DNA of 64,000 bases from Squalus acanthias. Lineage: Eukaryota. Positions 10,655 to 22,624 of this stretch are shown piece after piece; within the stretch, counting starts at the first letter, position 1, and each line of letters starts with the position of its first letter. Position numbers and translations under genes: made by a program. The stretch spans positions 144,152,001-144,216,000 of the forward strand of contig CM059431.1 in NCBI GenBank assembly GCA_030390025.1, read 5' to 3'. The notes below the pieces were generated by a model, which was given only the letters and a program-made list of their open reading frames with translations, had not been told where the DNA came from and searched no databases.

Positions 10655-13322
10655 CATTACTGATGTTGACTCTACTCTAACATTACTGGTGGTGACCCTA
10701 CTGTAACATTACTGGTGGTGACACTACTTTAAGATTACTGGAGGTGAGCCTACTCTAATATTATTGGTGGTGACACTACTTTAAGATTACTGGACGTGAC
10801 CTAATTCTAACATTACTGGTGGTGACTCTACTCTAACATTACTGGTGGTGACTCTACACTAACGTTACTGGTGGTGACGCTAAACAAGCATTAGTGGTGG
10901 AGACCCAACTACATCGTTATTGGTGCTAACCCTACTCTAACATTACTGGTGGTGAACCTCTTCTAACTAAACTGATGATGACATTAATGCAACATTACTT
11001 TTGTTGACTCTACTCTAACAATACTGATGGTGAATATATTCTAAAATTACTGGCGGTGACCCTGCTATAACATTACTGGTGGTGTCCCTACTCTAACATG
11101 ACTAGTGGTGTCTCTACTTTAACATGATTGGTGGTGATTCTACTCTAACATTACTGGTGGTGACCCTACTCTAACATTGCTGGTGGTGACCCCACTCTAA
11201 CATTACTGTTGGTGACTCTACTCTAACATTACTGGTGGTGACCCTACTCTAAGATTACTGGTGGTGACTCTACTCTAACATTACTGGTGGTGACTCTGCT
11301 CTAACGTTACTGGTGGTGACCCAAAACTAACATTACTGGTGGTGACTCTACTATAACATTACTGTTGGTGACCCAAAACTTACATTACTGGTGGTGACTC
11401 TACACTAACATTACTGGTGGTGACCCAAATCTAACATTACCGGTGGTGACTCCACTCTAACATTACTGCTGGAAACCGCACCCTGACATTAATGCTGATG
11501 ACTCGGATTTAACTTTTAAATGTGGGCACGCTACTCTGACATTGCTGATTGTGACCAAACTGTAACATTACTGGTGCTGACTCAACTCTACCATAACTGG
11601 TGGTTACGATACGCTACCATTAATGTGGTGACTCTATTCTAACATTACTGGTGGTGTCCTTACTCTAACATTACTGGTGGTGATCTGACTCTATCATTAC
11701 AGGTTGTGGCGCTACTCTAACATTACTGCTTGTGACTATACCCTAACATTGCTGGGTATGACTCTACCCTCGTATTACTGGTTTTGACCTTACTCTAACA
11801 TTACTGGTGTTGACAATACTCTAGAATTGCTGTTGGTGGCCCTACTATGACATTACTAGGGTTGTGCCTACTCTAACATTACTGGTGTTGATTTTATGTT
11901 AGCGTTAATGTTGGTGTTTCTGCACTAACATTACTGGTGGTGAATCAAATCTAACCTAACTGATGATGACTTTAATGGAACATTACTGGTGCTGACACTA
12001 ATTTAACATTACTGGTGCTGATCATGCTTTAACATTACTGGTGGTGACTCGACTCCAACATTACTGGTGATGAACCTATTCTAACATTACTGATGATGAA
12101 CCTACTCAAGCATTAATGGTGATGATTCTTCTCTAACATAACTGCTGGTGACTCTAATCTAACGTTACTGGTGGTGACTATAAACTAAAATTGGTGGTGG
12201 TGCTCCTACTCTAACTTTATTGTAGGTGACTCTACTCTAATATAAATGGTCGAGATTCTACTCTAACATTACTGGTTGTCGCCCTACTCTAAAATAGCTG
12301 GTTTTGACCCTACTTTCACATTGCTGGTGGTGACACTACTCTAATGATAGAATAGGGTCATCAAGAGTAAAGTTAAATAGAATTCACAAGCAGTAATATT
12401 AGAGTAGAGTCAAAACCAGTAATGTTAGAACAGAATCATCACGAGAAAATTTAGGGCAGATTCACCACCAGTGTAAGTGTAGGGTCACAACCAGTAATGT
12501 TAGTGTCTGGACAACACAAGTAATGTTAGAATAATGCCACCACAAGTAATGTTAGAGTAGAGATACCACCAGTAATGATAGAGTAGAGCCACCAAAAGTA
12601 ATATTACTGTAGAGTCAGCACCAGTAACGGTAGAGTAGGGTCACCGCCTCTAATGTTACAGTCAGGTCAACACCAGTAAAGTTAGATTAGTTTGAACACC
12701 AGTACAAATAGAGTAGGATCACCGCCAGTAATGTTAGAGTAGGGTCACTACTAGTTATGTTAGAGTAGGGTCACCATCAGTAATTTTAGAGAATGTTCGC
12801 CACCTCTAATGTTACAGTCGGGTCAAAACCAGTAAAGTTAGATTAGATTCACCAGCAGTAACAATAGGGTAGGGTCACCACTAGTAATGTTACAATAGAT
12901 TTACGACGAGTAATGTTTGAGTAGGGACACCACCAGTATTGTCAGTGAGAGGTCACCACCAGCAATAAAACAGTAGGCTCTGCACAATTAATGTTAGAAT
13001 AGAATCACCACCAGTAACATTAGAGTAGGGTCACCACCAGTAATATTTGAGTAAGGTCGCCACCAGTAATGTTAGAATAGGGTCACAACTAGTACTGTTA
13101 GAGTAGGCTCACCACCATTAATGTTAGAGAAAGGTCACCACCTGTAATGTTGCAGTCGGGTCAAAACCAGTAAAGTTAGATTATGTTCACCACCAGTAAT
13201 GATAGGGGTGGGGGGGCGGGTCACCACTAGTAATGTTAGAGTAGGATCACTATCAGTAATGTTAGAGTCGGGTAACCACCAGTAATGTTTGAGTAGGGTC
13301 GACACTAGTAATATTAGTGTAG
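10655..13322. repeat. 26-bp satellite (CTACTCTAACATTACTGGTGGTGACC), about 100 degenerate copies, orientation flips at ~12345
   Basis: Period 26 (TGAC at 11161 and 11187). From ~12345 the array reads as the reverse complement (CCAGTAATGTTAGAGTAGGGTCACCA). Confidence 0.95.
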
Positions 13323-13325
13323 AAC

Positions 13326-16300
13326 GGGAACGGTAGCGTATTGGTAATGTCACTTGACTAGTAATCCACAGGCCTGGATTAATGATCCAGAGACGTGAGT
13401 GCAAATCCCACCACGGCAGCTGGGGAATTTAAATTCAGTTAATTAATTAAATCTGGAATAAAAAGCCAGTATCAGTAATATTAACCATGAAACTATCGGA
13501 TTTTCGTAAAAACCCATCTGGTTCACTAATGTCCTTTAGGTGAAAGAAATCTGCCGTCCTTACCAGGTCTGGCCGATATCTGAATCCAGACCCACAGCAA
13601 TGTGGTTGACTCTTAACTGCCCGCTGAAATGGTCAAACAAGTCACTCAGTTGTAACTAGCCGCTACGAAACAAAATAATAAGAATGAAACCGGACGGACC
13701 ACCCGGCATGAACCGCGGCACTGGCTACGGACACGGATACGGCACACCCAGCCCACTCAACCCTACAAAGTCCTCCTCACCAACATCTGGGGACTTGCCC
13801 CAATATTGGGAGATCTGTCCCACAGACTAGTCAAGCAACAGCCTGACATAGTCATACTCACAGAATCATACATTTCTGCCAATGTTCCGAACTCCTCCAT
13901 TACCATCCCTGGGTATGTCCTGTCCCACCGGCAGGACAGACCCACCAGGGGTGGCGGCACAATGGTATACAGTCGGGAAGGAGTGGCCCTGGAAGTCCTT
14001 AACATTGATTCTGGACCCAATGAATTCTCATGGATCCAAGTAAATTCAAACCTCCTGCTGATTGCCACCTACCGCCCTCCCTCAGCTGATGAAACAGTAC
14101 TCCTCCATGTTGAACACCACTTGGAAGAATCACTGAGAGTAGCAAGGGCACAGAATGCACTCTGGGTGGGGGAATTCAATGTACATCACCAAGCGTGGCT
14201 CGGTAGCACCACTACTGGCCGAGTCTTGAAGGACATAACTGCGAGTCTGGGCCTGCGACAGGTGGTGAGTGAACCAACACGAGGGAAAAACCTACTTGAC
14301 CTCGTCCTCACCAATTTACCTGTCACAGATGCATCTGTCCATGGCAGCTGTGACCACTGCACAGTCATTGTGGAGCCGAAGTTCCATCTTCACACTGAGA
14401 ATACTCTCCATCGTGTTGTGTGGAACTACCACCGTGCTAAATGGGATACATTCAGAACAGATCTAGCAGTTCAAAACTGGGCATCTATGAAGGCGCTGTG
14501 GGGCAGCAGCAGAATTGTATTTCACCACAATCTGTAACCTCATGGCCCGGCATATCACTCACTCTAGCATTACCACCAAGCCAGGGGACCAAACCGTGGT
14601 TCAACAACGAGTGTAGAAGAGCATGCCAGGAGCAGCACCAGGCGTACCTAAAAATGAGGTGCCAGCCTGGGGAAGCTGCAACACAGGACTACATGCATGC
14701 TAAAAAGTGGAAGAAGAATGCTATAAGACAGGGCTAAGCGATCCCACAATCAATACATCAGATCAAAGCTCTGCAGTCCTGCCACATCCAGTCGTGAATG
14801 GTGGTGGACCATTAAACAAGTAACGGGAGGAGGAGGCTCCAAGAATATCTGCATCCTCAATGATGGTGGAGCCCAGCACCTGAGTGCAAAAGACAAGGCT
14901 GAAGCGTAAGCAATCAACTTCAGCCATAAGTGCCAAGTGGATGATCCATATTGGCCTACTCCCGAGGTCCCCACCATCACAGAAGCCAGTCTTCAACCAA
15001 TTCGATTCAGTCCACGTGATATCAAGAAACGGCAGAACGCACTGGATATAGCAAAGGCTATGGGGCCCGAAAACATCGCGGCTATCGTGCTGAAGGCTTG
15101 TGCTCCAAAATTAGCTGCGGGTCTAGCTAAGCTTTTCCAGTACAGCTACAACACTAGCATCTATCCGACAATATGGAAAACTACCCAGGTATGTCCTGTC
15201 CACAAAAAGCAGGACAAATCCAACTCGGCCAATTAACGCCCCATCAGTCTACTCTCAATCATCAGCAAAGTGATGGAAGGTTTCATCGACAGTGCTATCA
15301 AGCAGCACTTACCCACCAATTACCAGCTCACTGATGTCCAGATTGGGTTCCGCAAAGACCACTCAGGTTCCGCAAAGACCACTCGGCTCCCGACCTAATT
15401 ACAACCTTGTTCCAAACATGGACAATGGAGCTGACTTCCAGATATGAGATGAGAGTGCCTGCCCTTGACATCAGGGCAGCATTTGAACGAGTGTGGCATC
15501 AAGGAGCCCTAGTAAAAATGAAGTCATTGGGAATCGGGTGAGGGGGCTAAATCTTAAATGGCTGGAGTCATACCTAGTGCAAAGGAAGATGGCGGCGTTG
15601 TTGGATGTCAAACATCACAGGCCCAGGACATCGCAGCAGGAGTTCCTTAGGGCAGCGTCCAAGGCCGAACCATCTTCAGCTGCTTCGTCAATGACCATCC
15701 CTCCATTATAATGTCAGAAGTGGGGAAGTTCGCTGATGACTGCACTGGCTTCAGTGCCATTCGCAACTCCTCAGATAATGAAACAGTTCATGCCCACATG
15801 CAACAAGACCTGGTCAACGTTCAGGCTTGGGCTGATAATTGGCAGGTAATATTCGCGCCACACAAGTGACAGGCAATTACTATCTCCAACAAGTGAGCTT
15901 CTAACCAACGCCCCCTGACATTCAACGGCATTACCATCGCCGAATGCTCCACCATTAATATACTGGGGATCTTCATTGACCAGAAACTTAATACTATGGC
16001 AACAACAGCAGGTCAGAGGCTGGCTATTCGACGGCGAGTGTCTCACCTCCTGACTCCCCAAAGCCTTTCCGCCAACTGCAAGGCGCAAGTCAGGAGTGTG
16101 ATGGAACACTCTGCACTCGCCTGGATGAGTGCAGCACCAACAACACTCAAGAAGCTCGACACCATCCAAGACAAAGCAGCCCGCTTGATTGGCAACACAT
16201 CCACTACCTTAAACATTCACCCCGTCCACCAACATGCGCGCCCTGACTGCAGTGGGTACCGTCTACAAGATGCACTGTAGCCAAGGCTTTTTCCGCAGCA

Positions 16301-16612
16301 CCTCACAAACTAGCGACCTCTACCACATAGAAGGACAAGGGCAGCAGGCGCATGGGAACACCACCACATCCAAGTTCCCCTCCAAGTCACACACCATCCT
16401 CACTTGGAAGTATATCGCCATTGCGTTATCGTCGCTGGCTCAAAATCCTGGAACTCCCTCCCTAATAGCACTGTGGCATTACCTTCACCACACTGACTGC
16501 AGCTTTTCAAGAAAGCTGCTCACCACCAGCTTCTCAACGTCAACTACAGATGGACAATAAATACTGGCCATGCCAGCGTCGCCCACATCCCATGAACGAA
16601 CGTAAAAACAAA
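13326..16612 (+). mobile_element. Degraded CR1/L2-group LINE (APE + RT) preceded by a tRNA-derived SINE-like head
   Basis: 13326-13660 is a tRNA-SINE-like head and body. APE motifs PDIVILTESY..IPGYVLSHRQDRPTRGGG and VGEFNVHH; RT motifs KAMGPENI and KFADD. 3' end CAATAAATACTGGCCATGCCAGCGTCGCCCACATCCCATGAACGAA followed by an A-rich tail. Confidence 0.88.
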
Positions 16613-16619
16613 CAGAGCA

Positions 16620-18665
16620 GCACTGTCACATCTAGTGTTAGTGTAGGGGTACCACTAGTACCGGAGGTGCACGATCGGCTCTTTTATAATTTTAGGGTTA
16701 CGACTATTAGGAGAGGTGCACGGTTAGAATTAATGTCAGTGTAGTGACACCAATATGACTATAGGAGCACGACAATATCGAGTGGAAGTTGATCGCACCA
16801 CCAGCACCAGACGTGTCTGGTCATCTCTTGCATAAGTGCAGTGTACCACTAGTACCATAGCAGCACGATCAGCTCTCGTGTAAGTGTAGCGTTCCACCAG
16901 TACCTGAGGAGCCCGGCCAACTGTACAGTAAGAGTAGTGTTCCACGAGTACCTAAGGAGCACGGTCAACTGTAGTGTAAGTGTAGGCTTCCACTAGTACC
17001 CGAGGAGCACGGGCAACTGTAGTGTAAGTGTAGGGTTCCACTAGCACCCGAGGTGCACGGTCAACTGTAGTGTAAGTGTAGGGGTCCACTAGTACCTGAG
17101 GAGCACGGTCAATTGTAGTGTAAGTGTAGGGTTCCAGAAGTACCTGAGGAGCACGGTCAAATGTAGTGTAAGTGTAGGGTTCCACTAGTACCTGAGGAGC
17201 ATGGTCAAATGTAGTGTAAGTGTAGGGTTCCACTAGTACCTGAGGCTCACGGTCAACTGTAGTGTAAGTGTAGCGTTCCACTAGTACCCGAGGAGCACGG
17301 TCAACTGTAGTGTAAGTGTAGCGTTCCACGAGTACCTGCGAAGCACGGTCAACTGTAGTGTAAGTGTAGGGTTCCACTAGTACCTGAGGAGCACGGGCAA
17401 CTGTAGTGTAAGTGTAGCGTTCCACTAGTACCCGAGGAGCACGGTCAACTGTAGTGTAAGTGTAGCGTTCCACGAGTACCTGCGAAGCACGGTCAACTGT
17501 AGTGTAAGTGTAGGGTTCCACTAGTACCTGAGGAGCACGGTCAACTGTAGTGTAAGTGTAGCGTTCCACGAGTACCTGCGGAGCACGGTCAACTGTAGTG
17601 TAAGTGTAGGGTTCCACTAGTACCTGAGGAGCACGGTCAAATGTAGTGTAAGTGTAGCGTTCCACGAGCACCTGAAGAGCACGGTCAACTGTAGTGTAAG
17701 TGTAGGGTTCCAGGAGTACCCGAGGAGCACGGTCAAATGTAGTGTAAGTGTAGAGTTCCAGGAGTACCTGAGGAGCACGGTCAAATGTAGTGTAAGTGTA
17801 GGGTTCCAGGAGTACCTGAGGGGCACGGTCAAATGTAGTGTAAGTGTAGGGTTCCACTAGTACCCGAGGAGCAAGATCAACTGTAGTGTAAGTGTAGGGT
17901 TCCACTAGTACCTGAGGTGCACGTTCAACTGTAGTATAAGTGTAGCGTTCCAGGAGTACCTGTGGAGCACGGTCAGCTGCAGTGTAAGTGTAGGGTTCCA
18001 CTAGTACCTGAGGCTCACGGTCAATTGTAGTGTGAGTGTAGGGTTCCACTAGTACCTGAGGAGCACGGTCAACTGTAGTGTAAGTTTAGGGATCCACTAG
18101 TACCTGAGGAGCACGGTCAACTGTAGTGTAAGTGTAGGGTTCCACGATTACCTGAGGAGCACGTCAACTGTAGTGTAAGTTTAGGGATCCACTAGTACCT
18201 GAGGAGCACGGTCAACTGTAGTGTAAGTGTAGGGTTCCACGATTACCTGAGGAGCACGTCAACTGTAGTGTAAGTGTAGGGTTCCACTAGTATCTGAGGA
18301 GCACGGTTAACAGTAGTGTAAGTGTAGGGTTCCACGAGTACCTGAGGAGCGCGGTCAACTGTAGTTTAAGTGTAGGGTTCCACTAGTACCTGAGCAGCAC
18401 CTTCAACTGTAGTGTAAGTGTAGGGTTCCACTAGTACCTGAGGAGCACGGTGAACACTGGTGCAAGTGTAGCGTACACTAATAACGAAGGATACATCTAG
18501 TTTAAGTGTAGGATTACCACTAGTGCCAGTGGAGCACGTTCACATCTATTTACGTGTAGAGTTACAAGTATTGCAGGAGGAGCACGCTGACTTCTAGTAT
18601 AAGTTACCCACTTAGCGGAGGGGCACGGTCACATCCAGTATAAGTGTAGGGGTAACACCACACTT
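16620..18665. repeat. 48-bp minisatellite (CTAGTACCTGAGGAGCACGGTCAACTGTAGTGTAAGTGTAGGGTTCCA); about 33 homogeneous copies at ~16890-18465 with degenerate flanks
   Basis: 48-bp periodicity is directly visible and produces the 16-aa repeat ORF 16952-18049. Confidence 0.97.
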
Positions 18666-18679
18666 AAACTAGGATGTAA

Positions 18680-20104
18680 CAAGAGGTAGCAAATGTAACA
18701 CCGCTATTCAAGAAAGAATGGAAAGAAAAAACAGGGAACGACTGGTCAGTTAGCCTGACCTACATCGTCGGGAAAATGCTGGAATCCACTATTAAGGAAG
18801 TGGTAACAGGGCACTTAAAAAATTATAATATGATTAGGCAGAGTCAACATGTTTTTATGAAAGGGAAATCGTGATTTACAAATGTATTAGTTATTTGAGG
18901 ATATAACTAACAGGATTGACAAAGGGGAACCAGTGGATGAAGTAGATTTCGATTTTCACAAGGCATTTGATAAGGTGCCACACGAAAGGTTGTTACACTA
19001 GATAAGGGATCATGGGGTTGGGGGTAATATGTTAGCCTGAACAGAGGATTGATTAAAGGAAAGATAACAGACACCAGTTGTAAACGGGACATTTTCAGCT
19101 GGGCAGGCTACTAAGGATCATTGCTGGGGCCTCAGCTATTTGCAATCTATATTAATCGCTTAGATGGATGTAATGTATCCAAGTTTCTGGCGATACAGAA
19201 CTAGGTTGGAAAGTAACATGTGAGGAGGACACACAGAGTGTGCAAAGTGATATAGCCAGTTATAGAGAGTGGGCAAGAACATGGCAGCTGGAGTATAATG
19301 TGGGGAAATGGAAGGTTATTCACTTTGGTAAGAAGCACAGAAAATATTACTATTTTGAAATGGTGAGAAACAATTAAATGTTGGTGTTCAGAGAGATTTA
19401 AGTGTCCTCGTAAAGGAAACAGAGAGAGTTACCATGCAGGCAGAACAAGCAATTAAGAAGGCAAATGGCATGTTGGTCTTTATTCCAAGGGGGGTTGGAG
19501 TACAAGAGTAAGGAAATTTTGCTGTAATTGTACAGGCCTTTGGTGGGAGACCACACCTTGAGCACTGTGTACAGTTGTGATCTCCTTTTCTAAGACAGGA
19601 TACACTGGCATTAGAGGAGGTGCAACAAAGGTTCACTAGATTGATTCCTGGGATGAGACAGTTGTCCTATGAGGAGAGATTGAGTTGATTGGTCCTATAC
19701 TCTCTATAGTTTAGAAGAATGAGAGGTGATCTCATTGAAACATATAATATTCTTAGGGTAGATGCTGAGAGCTTGCTTCCCCTAGCTGGAGAGCCTAGAA
19801 ATATGGGGATAGCCTCAGGATAAGGAGTCGGCCATGTAAGACTGACATGAGGAGAAATGTCTTCCCTCAGAGGATTTTGAATCTTTGGAATTCTCTACTC
19901 CAGAGGGCAGTGAATGCTCAGCCGTTGAGTATATTCAAGGCGGAGATAGATAGATTTTGGACTCTAAGGGAATCAAGGGATATGGGTATCGGGCGGCAAA
20001 GTGGATTTGAGGTCGAATATCAGCCAATATCTTATTGAAAGGCGGGGCAGGCTCGAAGGGCGGTATGGACTACCCCTACTCCTATTTATTATGTTCCTAT
20101 GTTC
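18680..20104 (+). mobile_element. 5'-truncated, degraded CR1 LINE inserted in the satellite field
   Basis: CR1 RT-like sequence (GGCATTTGATAAGGTGCCACAC; AGAAGAATGAGAGGTGATCTCATTGAAAC); tail TATGTTCCTATGTTC at ~20090-20104. Satellite continues on both sides. Confidence 0.9.
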
Positions 20105-20772
20105 TAGTGTACTATCATTCGAAGAGCACAATCAGCTGTGTTATAATGTTAGGGGTGCAACTGATACTGGAGGTGCACGGTCAACGCTAGTGTTAGTGCA
20201 GCGATACGACTATTACTGTAGGAGCACGCTCAACTGTAGTGTAAGTTTAGGGGTACTACTAGTACAAGAGGAGCACGGTCACAACTAGTGCAACTGCAGA
20301 GCACCGCTAATAGCAGAGGGACAAGGTTACCTCTAGTGTAAGTTCAGGGATACTATGAATACACGAGGAACATGGTCAGCTCTAGTGTAATTGCAAAGCA
20401 CCGCTAATAGCGGAGCGGCACGGTAACCACAAGTTCAAATGCAGGTATACTTCTAGTACCGGTGGAGAACGGTCATCCCTAGTGTAAGTGTACGGGCACC
20501 ACTTGTGCAGGTCGAGCACACGCACATGTAGTGTAATTGCAAGGTTAGCATTAGTACTTGAGCAGCACGGTCAATACTAGTGTCAGTGTAGTGCTACCAC
20601 TATTACCATTGGACCACATTGAACTCTACTGTAAGTGTAGGGTGCCAGAACGACAGCAGGAGCATGGTCATCTTTAGCGTAAGTGTAGAGTACCACTATA
20701 CCAGAGAAGACGGTTACCTCTAGTGTAAGTGTCGGCTACCACTATACCGGAGGAGACAGCCACCTCTAGTGC
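20105..20772. repeat. Degenerate continuation of the 48-bp satellite
   Basis: Recurring GAGCACGGTCA..CTAGTGTAAGTGTAG motifs at ~48-50 bp spacing. Confidence 0.85.
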
Positions 20773-21046
20773 GGACTGACTGTGCTCATCACCAGTATTG
20801 AAGGATTTGTTTCACCGCCTGTTCTGAAGGAGTTGGTGCACTAGGTGAATCATGGGCAGGATCAGGACGAATATTGCAAGGTGAGCTACCTTCATCACGC
20901 CTGTAGGAATAGAGTCAGAGCTAGTACTGGAAGATTTCACTTTCCACTTGTAAACAATGTTTCAATTTTTTAACTTTACTATAATAATTTCACCTATTTC
21001 TCTTAATCTGACGTATCAGACAAGAAAAACAACTTACCTGAGTCTA

Positions 21047-21125
21047 TTTGTTAAATGACTGTAACTAATGCTAATTATGATTTAACCTGATTGACACCTT
21101 GGAGGATTGAAGTGAGTATAAATAT
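21047..21125 (+). promoter_or_regulatory. Putative GPCR promoter: conserved motif plus TATA box
   Basis: TTTGTTAAATGACTGTAACTAATGCTAATTAT; GTAACTAA at 21061, TATAAAT at 21117, 87 nt before the ATG. Confidence 0.7.
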
Positions 21126-21203
21126 AGGTTCCCTTACATTGCTTCAGCCCTGCGCCAGTCAGAGTCTTTCATCTCCTGCAGAATTCATCCATTCTCACAG
21201 AAA

Positions 21204-22624
21204 ATGGGTCAACAAACTATTTTGCTAATCAAAGAGAGTTACTACCCGATCCTCGCAGCTGTCGGTGTCCCCGGTGAGCCATTGTAACCTGTTTGTTGTT
21301 AATCGGCGTTAACTGTCTCCTCTTCATACAGCCTGTTGGCTAATGTAACGTGATTTCTAGATGTCAACATTCCACAGTCGGTAGTAACTGGAACCAACTA
21401 ATGAACCGGGTGTCCGCACTTTCCAAGTTTCCCTTAATTCGATAATATCACTGATGTTACAATGTTCTTTGGAGCTCCAACACAAGGATTTTAGCTGATT
21501 TCCGGACCGTCTTGTCCCCCCGTGCAGAGTGAGCGCTGCAGCAGCTCATTAAAATGTGTGGGTGGGTTTCCCAGGTAATGGCTCCAAAACTAACCTGTTC
21601 TCACACTGCTCCGTGTAGATAATCACACTGAATGGAGCAAAATGCTCTCAACAGTTTTCTCCATATATATTTCAAAACAGACACTGGAAATTTATTTCTC
21701 TCCTCTCTGTTTCTTACAGCGAATTTGGTGACAATGGTGATTCTGTCCCTAGGAAACTGCAGACTTTCCAAGTGTATCTCTGTCTACATGGTGGCCATGG
21801 CAACAGCAGATCTACTGGTCATGATCTTCAATGTAATGATGTATTATATATTCAGTTATCACTTTCCACTTTCATTCCTGTCCCACACTCCCGTGTGTAA
21901 GTTCATTCTATACATGACTGCTGTCACCATCGATTTGTCTGTTTGGTTCACCGTTTCATTCACATTTGACCGATTTGTAGTTATCTGCTGCCAGAAGTTT
22001 AGAACAAAGTATTGCACCGAGAAAACTGCGGCCGGGGTTATAGCAAACGTCTCGATCCTAATTTTTTTAAAGGACATCCCCGTATTGTTTGCATTTGAAC
22101 CTGAACAAATAATTAACAAGGTGCAGTGGGGCTGCCGGAATAGTGTGGCTTTTTTTTCCTCATCTCCTGGTGTAGCGTACGTCTGGTTTTATTCTGCCTC
22201 GGTCGTTTGTATTCCCTTTACATTAATTATCTTATTTAATAGTTTGACAGTCAGCCGTATTTTAGTGGCAAGTAGAGCCCGCAGGGGACTCCGGGGCCAC
22301 AGTAGTGAAAATCAGAGCGATCCAGAGATGGAGAACCGAAGGAAATCCATCATTTTACTGTTCACTGTATCGGGCAGTTTTATATTGTTGTGGCTGACAA
22401 CTGCCGTGAGTTTTGTAACTACCAGACTGACAAACACGACTTATTACCGAGGTGACCGCACAGACCCTGCATATATCGCCACTGAAACCGGAGCAATGCT
22501 GAAGCATTTGAGCTCCTGTCTAAACCCGTGTATTTATGCAGCGACCCAGAGGAAATTCAGAGAAGAGCTGAAGAATGTTGTGAAATCTCCCTGGACACTG
22601 ATTCTGAGATTAGCTGGAAAATGA
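21204..22624 (+). CDS. Intact orphan class-A GPCR, GPR139/GPR142-like, 324 aa; exon 1 21204-21273, exon 2 21720-22624
   Basis: Exon 1 MGQQTILLIKESYYPILAAVGVP, phase-1 GT-AG intron of 446 bp (CCG|GTGAGC..TTCTTACAG|CG), then ANLVTMVIL. Motifs: TM2 MATADLLV, PVCKF, FTFDRFVVICC, ECL2 WGC, RRKSIILLF, SCLNPCIY and a helix-8-like RKFREELK. Confidence 0.93.

Noticed and set aside
13326..13410. tRNA gene
   Set aside because: A- and B-box-like motifs are present, but there is no full cloverleaf and the sequence continues into a SINE body. The same applies to the heads at ~8683, ~26280 and ~63596.
16952..18049. 365-aa ORF of VEPYTYTTVDRAPQVL repeats (and the 154-aa mirror at 54682-55146)
   Set aside because: A by-product of a 48-bp unit (a multiple of 3) with no stop in one frame. 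It has no ATG start or signal peptide, neighbouring units carry frameshifts, and copy number differs about 5-fold between arms.
16890..18465. Possible CRISPR-like array
   Set aside because: Units are contiguous tandem copies with no unique spacers, there are no cas genes, and the context is eukaryotic.
21632..21719. N-terminal extensions of the GPCR ORFs in the track (starts at 21632, 35898, 51550)
   Set aside because: These are read-through into the intron. A polypyrimidine tract and AG acceptor precede ANLV, and an upstream 70-bp exon supplies the missing first half of TM1 in the correct phase.
21204..22624. Assigning the symbol GPR139 or GPR142
   Set aside because: There are several divergent paralogues and the resemblance is only at family level; orthology cannot be shown without a phylogeny.
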